Assembly (NCBI GenBank): GCA_964016885.1
Contig: OZ024742.1
Location: 301,630,001 to 301,694,000 of the forward strand
Length of the DNA stretch: 64,000 nt
Source: Eledone cirrhosa
Taxonomy: Eukaryota
Direction of reading: 5' to 3'
Below the pieces are notes generated by a model that was not told the origin of the DNA, made no database searches, and saw nothing but the letters and a program-made list of their open reading frames with translations. The position numbers were made by a program, and so were the translations under genes. Below are positions 48,501 to 58,390 of the stretch, piece by piece. Position 1 is the stretch's first letter, and every line of letters starts with the position of its first letter.

Positions 48501-51500
48501 AAAATCACAGGGGCTGGCTACAACAGAAGAAACATAATGAAAGTTCAATATTTTAACCCTTTTGAAATACACTATTTACACATCCAAACATCATCATCGC
48601 CATCATTACTGTTTTAGGCCCGTTTCCAATGCTGTTCTCAGACCAGTAGGTCATATGGCCACACCATGCTCATGCATTCTTGTTTGGCATAGTTTTAACA
48701 ACTGGATGCCCTTCCTAATTCCAACCACTTTACAGTGCAGGTTGAGTGCATTTTATCATGGCAAATGCACTACCACTTTACAGGGTGGGCTGGGTGTTTT
48801 ATAATGGCACCAGTACTACCACTTTACATAATGGGCAGGGTGTGTTCCACTGTAGCATTAGTACTAGGGCAATCATTATATCCTCAACCAGGTAGAGAGA
48901 GACAGTGATGGGAATGACTAACAATTGAGAGTGGGGATAGATCCACAGAATTAGTGGATACACACCAGGCCAGGTAACCCTTTTTATATGTGTGTGGGCA
49001 ACATCATCATTTAAATGGCAAGGATGTGGACAGAGGTAAGACCACGAGGCAGGGAAAGGGAAGAGAGTAAGGAGGCATATTGGTTGTAGGGGGGATCTAA
49101 ATGTTGATATAACTCAGCCTCAACAATATGATCCTCCTCATGCACATTTCATCCTGATCTGTAGTATGACAAACCTCCAGTGTCATCTTCGTGAGGTCCA
49201 ACTTTAAAAGGTCAGCTTTCACCAGATTGTCCAATGTTTTCCTAGTTCCCTTGACTTTCATTGCACTCAAGGCCCAAGTCTCGCTTCCATGCAGCAATGC
49301 AGTTCACACACAGGTATTATACAAACTGCCTTTCACTCTGAAATAGAACCCCTTTGTAACCAGCAGAGGTCATAATGTTTTCAGTTTTCTGTGGTATATA
49401 GCTGCAGAATGTTAGTATATTTAGTATTCTGTCATATAAAGTATTCTGTGGTATAAAGCTGTAGAACTTTTTCCAACTGGTTCTTTTTCCGGTTAATGTA
49501 TTTTCAAAATATCCACTAAGCAGCAGAAGCAAAAAAAACATTTCAAAGACATAACTAAATCATAAAGATTAGAAATAAATAGTAGAATGTATATAAAAAC
49601 AAAAACTACCTTCTGGCAAGTTAGATTATTCTTCAACCAGGTTTCCAATTCTTGAACTTTTCTTTTGTGAACAGCAAGTTCGTCCTAAAATCACAAAACC
49701 AAATTGAAGAATATCAGTTTTGCTTTCCATCACCTTCCATTTGAAAAAGTATAAACATTTATTAACAATAACAGTATGTGTGTTAGACCTCTGTCGGCTC
49801 TGAAGATAAATGTCTCAGTTGCTTCATTAATGGAATAGCCAGCCCTTGAAAGTAACATGCAAGTGACTGAGCATTCTACTGACGAGTCCCTTAACATGGT
49901 TCTCAGGAAGACTCAGTGTGACCATGGTATGTAAATTTTTGCCAACTGAGTGGACTAGAGCAAACTAAAGTAAAGTGCCTTGCTCAAGGACAATGTGCTG
50001 TCAGGAGTCAAACTCACAACCTTACAATCATGATCCAGACAACTTAACCACTAAACCAAGGTAAAAGGTTGGCAGGATCCTTCAGTCATGACCTGGAAAT
50101 TTCTCTAGTCCTGGTGCCATGAAAAATGCACCAATTACACTCTCACAGAAACCATAAGGAACTTATGAACCAAACAATGGGGGGGTCACTAGTGTCAGAC
50201 CGCACAAACCTGTCCAACCCATGCCAGCATGTCTAACAGACATAAAATGACGCCGATATCTTTTCTACTGCTAACTACTAAACAATGAAGTGATGAGTGG
50301 TAATACCTGTTATGTGTTAGTCAAATAATCTAGAGCAAGAAGTGCCTTGTCAAGACATTAGACATATTTTTTATTGATTGTATCCCAAGTTCAAGTATCG
50401 TCTTGAGAAATATTTCTGACCAAATGATGTTCTCTTTCTTCGACTCAGTCGAAGAACATTTTACAACCGCCAGCTCCCTCTCCTCCAAACTCACAGACTT
50501 CACTGCGTTTTGTTCAGTCAAGTTAGAGAGTGAGTTATGTCCCTTGCTCAGAGTCGTCGTACAATAACTGTAAACATCATTTAACGTTCAGTTTTTTCTG
50601 CTAGGAATGTTTGAATGGGTCGTCACAGACGAGTCAGTATTTAATCAGAGCTACTGACCTCTCAGATGGGCCAGGAGCCACATCTTGTACACAAGCATTT
50701 TTACCTTCTACAGAGTATACTGGTTGCAGTTTATTGTGGCACAAGTACTAGGGCAGTTGACATGTGTTTGACACAACTGAAGAGTCCTCTCAAACCTTAG
50801 TTTGGCAATTTTTCTATGACTGGATGCCATTTCTATCACCAACCTCTTTCCAGAGTATACTGGGTGTATTTTATCATGCTAAGATTTGAAATCATGACCA
50901 TGTGTTTAGTATAAAACCATAACCACATAAACACTGTTCTCTAGAGCTTCACACCACAGAGCATTAAATACATTAAACACACCACAGAGCATTAAATACA
51001 TTAAACACACCACAGAGCATTAAATACATTAAACACACCACAGATCATTAAATACATTAAAATTCAGCAGCAGCTTTATAACACAGAACACTAGATATAT
51101 TAACATTCTGCCAATTTCAGGCAAGTACGTTAGATTTAAAGGTGTTTCCTGATACATACATAAAATCCTGGCAGGATTTCAACTAAAAACTGCAAGATAG
51201 TAAAACACTCATCTGTTATTATACTAGGAAATGTATGGGAAATCTTCCTTAATTAATTACTGGTACAGAGCCAACAAACCTCATTAAGCTGAGAAACAAG
51301 ATGAGGTGAACATACCACAGAAGAGAAATATCCCTTCACTAATTACTGGTACAGGGACAACAAACCTCATTAAGCTGAGAAACAAGAAATAACAGAAGCT
51401 GAACATACCACAGAGGAAGGGAAATGTTTATCCACCCAAAGATTTTCAAGTGCATTTTCTTCGGGACTTATTCCAGAACCTTTACAATTTCTGTTTCTGG

Positions 51501-52185
51501 ATGGCGTACTTTTGGATTTGTTACCAAAAGCACAATTTAAATTTCTTTTAAATGTTTTAGTTTCCGATATATTCTGTGTCCCACATTGCCCACTGCCACT
51601 GTCAAATGCAGAGGACACCCACTGAACAGTTTTCTGAAATTTAAAAAAAAAATAATTCATGTCATCATCATCATCATCGTTAACGTCCATCTTCCACACT
51701 TGCATGGGTTACCATATTTAAAAATAATTACAGGTTAGTGTCAGGAAGGACACCCTGTCACCCAGTTGTAAAATACAGCATCAATAAACCTCTAGCAAAC
51801 TGAGTAACCATGTAGACACACTGATGATGTCATGAAATGAAGAGGATAACATCTCATGCCAACATAAGACATTAAAATGATAACAATGACAATGGCTTTA
51901 TATAAAATAATTACATACAATTCTTTACACTAAACAGACCAGATACATTCAATATTCATTACTCCACTGTTATCATCATTATAACTATGGTATGGGTTCA
52001 CAGGTCTGCAACTCATCATTATCTATCCTTGTCTTACTAGAAATTGTTCATTACAAACCATGCAAGCAAGTTTATTGCAACAAAACTAAGAAATTTACCT
52101 TTTTTCCTGAGTCAGGATTTGTTACTTTATTTTGGATGGAAGACAAACTTTCAAGCAGAGTACATTGGATAGTGTTTCTCTTCAT
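30908..52185 (-). CDS. RAD17: Cell-cycle checkpoint clamp loader RAD17; 17 coding exons, ~651 aa
   Basis: Exons (minus order): 52099-52185, 51409-51633, 49610-49684, 48364-48517, 47599-47735, 46426-46478, 44938-45063, 42487-42556, 41814-41925, 39025-39216, 38517-38602, 37392-37538, 35825-35965, 34964-35003, 33522-33608, 31575-31626, 30908-31079. All are GT-AG and phase-consistent, totalling 1956 nt. Motifs: LWVDKH, ELAVHKRKV, Walker A GPSGVGKT, KYxxL, IILVED, GDIRGAVNTLQF, GGKDGSLFLFRALGKILYCKR, FRPLHKP, acidic tail IVIEEFDD. Confidence 0.96.
31285..31445. repeat. Short degenerate minisatellite (~40-50 bp unit)
   Basis: 'gattaagtctaccacccaa' occurs three times. Confidence 0.75.
31575..31626 (-). 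CDS. RAD17: RAD17 coding exon 16 (QISFVNDICTFP)
   Basis: Matches QISFIQDI; GT-AG. Confidence 0.9.
31775..32190 (-). mobile_element. CR1-like LINE 3' end (related tails at ~37145-37260, 42630-42945, 63720-63750)
   Basis: RLTTDLVDTHKII..NTHGHAYKIRK..FMLRVAE; shared tail 'ttgtagtgcacctgagcactgtacacaataat'. Confidence 0.75.
32785..32972 (-). mobile_element. SINE family B copy (others at 33746-33890 -, 44451-44615 -, 45890-46245 +, 59755-59877 +)
   Basis: Reverse complement of 8485-8675. Confidence 0.8.
33522..33608 (-). CDS. RAD17: RAD17 coding exon 15 (PIRGVSNEVLLTEIIPYL..)
   Basis: Matches LQTQLLPYL; GT-AG; phase 1-1. Confidence 0.88.
33942..34335 (-). mobile_element. Mariner-derived miniature element with three TIR copies
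   Basis: TA|cgagggcaatcccaaaagtaaggtctcc at 33942; inverted copies end at 34117 and 34335, each followed by TA. Transposase scraps MELLLNATAKCEFRAVI and DRRITLDAL..STIHRILKEKLQYRK. Confidence 0.8.
34964..35003 (-). CDS. RAD17: RAD17 coding exon 14 (40 nt, LRDRSQTSKDIFS)
   Basis: ttttag acceptor and gtaagt donor; phase 0->1 bridges exons 13 and 15 exactly. Confidence 0.8.
35825..35965 (-). CDS. RAD17: RAD17 coding exon 13 (TRGLMHSN..FRPLHKP)
   Basis: Matches TRGVMHSN..FRPLHKP; GT-AG. Confidence 0.95.
37392..37538 (-). CDS. RAD17: RAD17 coding exon 12 (EVVDKSHL..QNYINFF..RASEYLSDAD)
   Basis: Matches HQNYIDFF..RASEFLSFAD; GT-AG. Confidence 0.95.
37580..37747. repeat. AT-rich palindrome, ~80-bp arms, ~8-nt loop
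   Basis: 'aaaatatattttcaagatagctataataa' mirrors 'ttattatagctatcttgaaaatatatttt', and the symmetry extends outward. Confidence 0.85.
38517..38602 (-). CDS. RAD17: RAD17 coding exon 11 (SRLPAHLVHHERLPLIEVPE)
   Basis: Matches RLPSHL..ER..LLVEPE; GT-AG. Confidence 0.93.
38700..38960. repeat. Low-complexity CACCA/TACCA/CATCC repeat
   Basis: Direct inspection. Confidence 0.75.
39025..39216 (-). CDS. RAD17: RAD17 coding exon 10 (..IGGKDGSLFLFRALGKILYCK)
   Basis: Near-identical signature to vertebrate RAD17; GT-AG. Confidence 0.96.
39355..41282 (-). mobile_element. 5'-truncated RTE-group LINE in a RAD17 intron
   Basis: KACGLDEIP, PKKGDL..NYRGVTL, QNGFR, DFSKAF, GVLQGHTLAP, YVDDL, FKYLGS and LRFAGHCWR; (GAT)n tail; several frameshifts. 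Confidence 0.9.
41814..41925 (-). CDS. RAD17: RAD17 coding exon 9 (GDIRGAVNTLQF)
   Basis: RFC-family GDIR motif; GT-AG. Confidence 0.95.
42487..42556 (-). CDS. RAD17: RAD17 coding exon 8 (FNPVALTILTKVL..)
   Basis: Matches SFNPVAPT; GT-AG. Confidence 0.95.
43398..43462 (-). ncRNA. Minimal type I hammerhead ribozyme motif (mirror copy, sense to RAD17 pre-mRNA)
   Basis: Reverse complement of 43597-43661. Confidence 0.7.
43597..43661 (+). ncRNA. Minimal type I hammerhead ribozyme motif
   Basis: Stem I TATTTTAT/ATAAAATA, core CTGATGA (43605-43611), stem II aag..ccaa/ttgg..ctt, GAAA (43642-45), palindromic mini stem III tatata, predicted cleavage after AUA at 43653. Confidence 0.7.
43800..44138 (-). 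mobile_element. SINE family A, apparently full length
   Basis: Head 'gaggaggcacatggcttagtggttagagc' (A-box) and 'gagttcaattc' (B-box), with an RTE-like tail and (GAT)n. Confidence 0.85.
44938..45063 (-). CDS. RAD17: RAD17 coding exon 7 (KYMSTGLNPLVFVISDS..RLLFP)
   Basis: Matches PLIFIISDS..RLLFP; GT-AG; phase 2-2. Confidence 0.95.
46426..46478 (-). CDS. RAD17: RAD17 coding exon 6 (DYPNIFFQDPASFHSII)
   Basis: Matches DLPNQFYRD..LHEVL; GT-AG. Confidence 0.92.
46602..46995. repeat. 18-bp minisatellite (gtgcctatagccatgtct), ~20+ units, in a RAD17 intron
   Basis: Direct inspection; gives stop-free 6-aa repeats in several frames. Confidence 0.92.
47599..47735 (-). CDS. RAD17: RAD17 coding exon 5 (YESQINLFKDFLLRASKYKRL..KIILVE)
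   Basis: KYxxL motif and Walker-B region; GT-AG. Confidence 0.95.
48364..48517 (-). CDS. RAD17: RAD17 coding exon 4 (Walker A GPSGVGKT)
   Basis: ILLTGPSGVGKTTTLKVL..EEWTNP; GT-AG. Confidence 0.95.
49610..49684 (-). CDS. RAD17: RAD17 coding exon 3 (DELAVHKRKVQELETWL..)
   Basis: Matches RAD17 ELAVHKKKIEEVETWL; GT-AG. Confidence 0.95.
50950..51061. repeat. 28-bp tandem repeat x4
   Basis: The unit 'acaccacagagcattaaatacattaaac' is repeated. Confidence 0.9.
51409..51633 (-). CDS. RAD17: RAD17 coding exon 2 (KTVQWVSSAF..LWVDKHFPSSV)
   Basis: tttcag acceptor, gtatgt donor; WVDK motif. Confidence 0.9.
52099..52185 (-). CDS. RAD17: RAD17 coding exon 1 (MKRNTIQCTLL..PDSGKK)
   Basis: Acceptor at 52208 (5'UTR part to 52207), ATG at 52185, donor gtaaat, phase 0. 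The sequence is poorly conserved, so confidence is lower. Confidence 0.7.
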
Positions 52186-54156
52186 GTCAACTACTTATCT
52201 CATAATTCTGAAAATAGTATAAGAAATTGATCAGGAGGATCATTTATGGTTGTTATAATACCTAGTATGGGTCACACCACAATGTTATGTTGTCTAGTAT
52301 GTTAAAAAAAGTCTAAAGTCTGTCTTGAGCCCTAAGGCTCATCATGCCAGTACTTATCTAGGTTTCTGTGGTGTGAAGCAACAGAGTACAAGACTTCCCC
52401 CTGAACAAGATGCCAATCCATCGCAGGGTTAACTACCCCAGCTATTGCTGGTATTCATTTTGTGCTGAGTATACTGGAGCAATGTAAAAATGAAATGTTT
52501 TGCTCAAGAACACAACACACAACCCAGCACAGGAATCGAACCCACGATATTATAATCATAAGTCCAAAACCCTTACCGCAAGACCATATGCCTCCACTGT
52601 TCAGTATGGGTCACACCCTATAGTTGACCAGTATGGGTGCATGATTACAACCTGACTCTCAAGTGTTTTTGAAATTTAAATTTAAAAAAAGAAATTCGTT
52701 ATTTAACTCTTTTCATACCAAACCATCTGAAACCACCCTGGGTTCTGTGACAGAACATTTTCTTTTAAAGCATTTATATTTATCTAAAAACCTCCCATCA
52801 TAATTTAATGCAAGAACCTTTGTTAAGTTATGTTCCAAACACCAGATTAATTATGAGAAAATTGGCTAAATTGTAGAATGCAAACAACAATAGGGAATAT
52901 TTATTCTTAAAAGTGGTAACTTTGATAGGTTTCGGCCAGTATTGATCCAGGCCATGTCTAACGTAATAGCACCACGCGTGGTAAATGTGAAAAGACAGTT
53001 AAGAATAGTATTTAGTTTTAAGATGTATAAATATATATAAATATACATGCGTGTGTATGTATACCCATTTGAATATACTGTACATGTATGAGTACAGGTG
53101 TGTTAACACCTGTAGTATATGTATCGCATGCTCTTGCACATAGGTATTCCTAGCTTTGAAGAATCTAAAATGAAAGAACTTTCGATAGACATCTTGAAAA
53201 TTTTATGTTGTTAGAATTATGAAGAATATTTTGTTTTTGTTCTCAATATAATATCGCTAGGAGGTATTGTGGTGTGTAAGAGAGTGTATTGTATGTGTGG
53301 TGCTTGCAATACATTTCTGGTGAAAAGAGAACAGACAGCTGCAAGTGACGGAACTTTGATCCGACAACCGAAATATAAATAGATTATTTTTTCCCCTATT
53401 AAATACTAAATTAACACAGTCAATTATTAAAATGAAGTACATTAAAATAATATCTATAATAAACAAACATATATTTGGAAAAAGTAATTAATATATATTT
53501 TCGGAATGCATTAAATATAAATTTCAAAATATATATACAACTTATATATATTTAAGAATTAAAACATTTAAAATATATATTATAGACTCCAATTCTACAT
53601 TTCCAATGGGAGGGGAATTGTTTTGTTTCGTTCTTATTCAAAATATATTTCATTTCAAAACTGACAGATTTGAATTTCTATACATCGTAATAACCTAAAA
53701 ACTAATTTGGTAGCAAAAGGTTTCCAAAAAATAATTTGGACGAGATTTCTTATTTATAAATTGTAATATAATAAACATGTTATAAATATATACTTACTAT
53801 ACTAAATATATTAAATAAATGAAGTTATCTGCGAAAATGTAACGCGTTTATTAGGAGAGAATCTGTTGTAAGTGAGAGGTCAAGGAAGAGGAAGTGACCT
53901 TTACATGTTACCGGAAATTGAAGAAATGAAACTAAAAGTTTGATAAACAGAAAGAACAACAGCGACTAATGTGGGTTAGTCTAAACACGAGACATCTGAA
54001 AAACGAAATTCAATTCTTAGGTATAGTCATATTAAAATGAAACGGATAGTATATTGATATATTTCCAAAATTGCTGATTGAACACATACATACTTTTTCT
54101 CCGAAAAAAAAATGTCCGTTTCTTCCTACTCTCACTCTTCTCTATTTTTCTATTTC

Positions 54157-54195
54157 CTCTTTTGATGAAGGACTGGCGTCTGAAACGTTAAGGAT
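54157..54195 (+). ncRNA. Degenerate Penelope-type hammerhead-like motif
   Basis: cctctt-TTGATGA-aggactggcgtct-GAAA-cgt-TA-agga. The core C is mutated and stem I is weak. Confidence 0.3.
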
Positions 54196-55365
54196 CTTTT
54201 TCTACTATATCAAGCGTTAAACTAATATATATCTTCGGTAAATTTATAGAAAAGCACCCGCTAGTAGGGAAAGCGGACATTAAAACGACAATGATGATGA
54301 TGTTAAACAGAAAAAATGAAACGAAATTTCATTTCTCACTCTTAGTACGGCTGTTACTTAAATATAAGTATGTACACGTACATACATATATGTATACAGA
54401 CGTACAGTAGTATGTATATATATATACATACATGCACATATATATATGTACGTATGGATTCACCGAACATTTATTATAATGCTCGGTGTGTTTGTAAACA
54501 AACATCCCGTATTAAGCCGTAGTGTCCAGCAACCATCGTTGCTCGTTTGTTCAACACTGACAAAGGAACGCTGTACTAGTTTCAAGCTTATTAGCTATCG
54601 TCAGCAACGTATACCTTCCTGCCAGATTGTTGAACCTATATACTTACCTTATGCATATTAACGGCTGAGAAGCCCAATTTGCATATCGAGTGGGTTAATT
54701 GGCCGGGTGCACCGAGTGTGCAACAACCTCTCTAGTGTTGATGCCATGAAAAATCACAGCTAGTACACACTGTAAAGTAGCTGGTGATAGGATAGGCATT
54801 CAACCTCAGAAAACCAGCCATACAAAGGATGAAGCAAACTCTTCAGTTGTGTCAAAGCCATGACAACATCCCTAGCGCTGGTTCACTGTATAGAGTGCAG
54901 GATTGTATATAAGTGAGCTGCAGCCTCTAGTCCATCTGAGAAAACAATATCTCTGACTAACAACTGTCATGGTGTGTGACTCTCCATTTAATCCTTGCTA
55001 GATCCAATGAAGCTGCTACTTCATACATTTATTAGAATTTGTTTGTTTATAGTTCCATATTTACATTGAAAAATCTGAACATTTTGTCTTGCAATAAAAA
55101 AATAACACAGAGACAAACACACAAATATGTATACAAAAACAGATGCACAAACACTGAGCAGATATATCGTTATCAAAACACACACACATTTAAACACAAA
55201 TGATGTGTTAATTAATTGGGAAAGGATGATGAAAGAGAATGGAAAAGATAGGAAAGAGGGAGAGTTCTAAGGTATACGAGTGTATGTATATGTGTTTATA
55301 TTTATACACACACACATGCACACATTATATATATATATATATAATATTGTATATATATAATATCG

Positions 55366-55407
<42 letters not shown>

Positions 55408-55566
55408 AAGTCTGCGGTGCTGAGACCAAGGAGACCACTAATTATGGGAGTACTCAATGCATGGGGGGATGCAGTGTAGGTATAGAGATAGGTAAAATCC
55501 TGACTGTGTCACGGATAGGTAAAATCCGTGTCACAGTCAGGATTTTACCCCCCTCTCTCTCTCTCC

Positions 55567-55597
<31 letters not shown>

Positions 55598-55729
55598 GTA
55601 GAATAATCGAGTATCGAGAAATCGGCGCATGAGTTCACGATAAACAAAATTCGACATGAGTGGCAGAGGGCTCAATAATTCAGATAAATCAGAGCTATAA
55701 CTATCGTTAAAATACCAACACTCTCTCTT

Positions 55730-56905
55730 TCCGGGAAATGGCCATGCTCAGTGTGTAGGAAAGGCGTAGGTAGAAACTCCATTTTATGTCCCAAATGCAA
55801 AGTATGGGTGCATAAAAGATGTAGTGGGATCACAGGTAGATCATAGATTTTAAGAACATAGATTTTACATGTGGCCGGTGCTCTGGTGCAATAAGTAGCA
55901 GCAAGTGCCCACAAAATACTAACTCTTTCAATTGCGCAGAGGGTTCTATAGAAATAGTGGACAGCTTCCGTTACCTGGGTGACAAAATCAGCAGTGGGGG
56001 AGGGTGCTCTGAAAGTACAGTAGCTAGAGTCAGAACTGGATGGAAAAAGTTCAGAGAGCTATACTACTATTAGCCGCTAAAGGGTTCTCCCTAAAAATGA
56101 AAGGCAGGTTGTATGATGCCTGCATACGAACAGCAATGTTGCATGGCAGTGAGACCTGGGCATTGTGTGCAAAGGATATACGCAGACTGGAGAGGAACGA
56201 AGCTTGCATGCTCCGCTGGATGTGTAATAGTAATATACGTGAACGGCAAAGCATAAACGAACTAAGGGAAAAATTAGAAATAAGAGGGATCAGATGTTGT
56301 TTACTTGAGAGAAGGCTACGTTGGTATGGTCACGTGATGCGCATGAAAGACGACAGCTGTATAGCAAAGTGCAGGGCAATAAAGATAGACGGTAGCCACG
56401 GAGTAGGCAGACCCAGAAAAACCTGGGACGACCTGATAAATTCCGACCTCAGACATTTACACCTCTCCAAGACAATGTCACTGGACCGAGATCTTTGGCG
56501 GTACTCAGTAATAGATTGCCTAAATACAAAGTAAACCTACTACAGTCAGTAGGCATCTCTAACAAAATACGCCCCCGTCACACCACCCCCACATCATCCA
56601 CACCGCCCCTTTCAATGTAAAGTTACGTTGGTGCCACAACATCCAGGCCGAAACAAATGCGATCGTGTAGGTGTCACAACAAAAAAACACACAGTCCACG
56701 CTGTAATGTGGCCGTGTAGGCAACACAGTAAAAACCTCCCAGTCCCACACTGTAAATGTGGTTGGTGTTAGGAAGGGCATCCAGCTGTAGAAAACCCGCC
56801 AGACAGTCCTATGCGAGCAAGACAACCACTCTTGCCTCAAGTGGGAAAACTCCCGTCCAAACCCATGCAAGCGTGGTACATGGACGTTAAACGATGATGA
56901 TGATA
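55730..56905 (+). mobile_element. 5'-truncated RTE LINE (PHD-like insert, RT C-terminus, 3'UTR, (GAT)n)
   Basis: KWPCSVCRKGVGRNSILCPKCKVWVHKRC, FRYLGD, MLHGSETW and RLRWYGHVMR; paralog of 9345-10460. Confidence 0.9.
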
Positions 56906-56906
56906 T

Positions 56907-57460
56907 ACCAAATCAACAAATGCCAGGTAGAGTGATTTACTTTTAGCTAAGTGCTTCTCCTGTAGTTGCTTCACAATGAAGAAGCTGTCAATGGTACTTT
57001 CAGCTGGTCTATCAAATTGATGCTTCTATAGTTTTCTATATCTAGTGCGTCTCCTTTACCCTTGTAGTAATTGACAATGATGCTGCTATACCAATCATTT
57101 GGTATGCAACCAATAATTATTACATGGTTTATAATACAAGTGGTTAAGGTGTGATCCACTGTCCCAGATGCTTTCAACATCTCAGCAACAAATCCTAATG
57201 GACCTGCTGCTTTTCCTGTCTTCATATCCTTAATTATCTTATTTACTATACTGCTGCTAACATGTATGGCTGGACCCTCTCTTGGGTTTACTTCAGGTAG
57301 ACCCTCTTGCTCCCATGGTTTCTACTCATTCAGTAATCTTTCATAATGGCTCTTCAATGCTTTCTTTTCAGCGTCCATGAGGGCAAGCGTGCTTTTATCA
57401 TCTCAGACATACTTCTCTCCAACAACATCACAGTTTTTGCCTGACACACTGCCTCACAAT
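56907..57460 (-). mobile_element. RTE RT N-terminal fragment
   Basis: MKTGKAAGP..AEMLKASG..YKGKGDALD..NYRSINL..LAFVDL; paralog of 10860-11490. Confidence 0.8.
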
Positions 57461-57699
57461 CCTTTGATCATAGTTCTGCTGAATCAGGACTAACATGAGA
57501 GGGGAGGGGGTTAACACAGGAATGCCTTTGTTCATAGGTGTGGATCATGACTGACCTGTGACTATCTTTTAACACATCAATTATTGATTTCTTTATTCTT
57601 CAATTTATTTTTCACATGTCACAAAGTAGGAGGGAAAGTGTAATCAACTGAATCGACCCTGTTTGCAATTGTCATTTATTTATAGCTACCTTAAAGGGA

Positions 57700-58390
57700 T
57701 GAGTTAGGCAGCAAATGGACAGCCTGACTATTGGCATGTGTCCCTTCCACAAAAAGCAAAAGACAAAACACTCCAGCGCAGTCAAACGTGGACCAGGACA
57801 AGGCACAAGAGTCAGTTGGTAGTAGATGACAGACACAATGTTCATGTTCGCCACCTCTGCCTGATTTTTTATGAATAGCTTTCTTTGTGGATGAGAGTGG
57901 CCACCCTGTTTGTTACCTCATCACAGTTTTTGTCCATTTGGAGGTTTGGACCAAACCAAACCCCAAGCAATTTAACTTGTCTAACTGTCCAGTGCCTATC
58001 CTGTTGGATGGCATGGACTTGCTCCTCCAGGTGCCAAGCCACAAGCCAACCAACTTTTCCTGGTTCATTTTTGCTCCTGTCATCACTTCATATTCTCTGA
58101 GAATGGTGCCAATCAACTCAATATGTTTGCTACTCAACACCAGTATGGTCACTAACACCTTGGCCAAAATTTTAAGTTCTGTATTTAGCAATGTTATGGT
58201 GCTCCTTTCTCAGGAACACCACCGCTAATCAGCTCATGGAACTAGGAATTCTCCTGTTCTGTTGCTAGTTGGCATAGATGTCTGTTAAGATGTAGCTGAA
58301 CAAGTTTGGCATGCTTATATAAAGATCGTAGGGCAGACCATCCAAACCAGGCAATTTACCCCTCGTACAGCTAGCCATTGTGACCAATAT
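57700..58390 (-). mobile_element. Highly degenerate Tx1/L1-like LINE fragment
   Basis: GKLPGLDGLPYDLY, LLNTELKILAKVL, YE..TGAKMN.EK. Confidence 0.6.

Noticed and set aside
50950-51061. 28-bp direct repeats as a possible CRISPR array
   Set aside because: Head-to-tail repeats with no spacers, in a eukaryotic intron, with no cas genes.
55730-57460. Opposite-orientation RTE pieces as a twin-priming inversion
   Set aside because: The inverted fragment lies beyond the 3' tail rather than at the 5' side and is more degenerate; more likely separate insertions.
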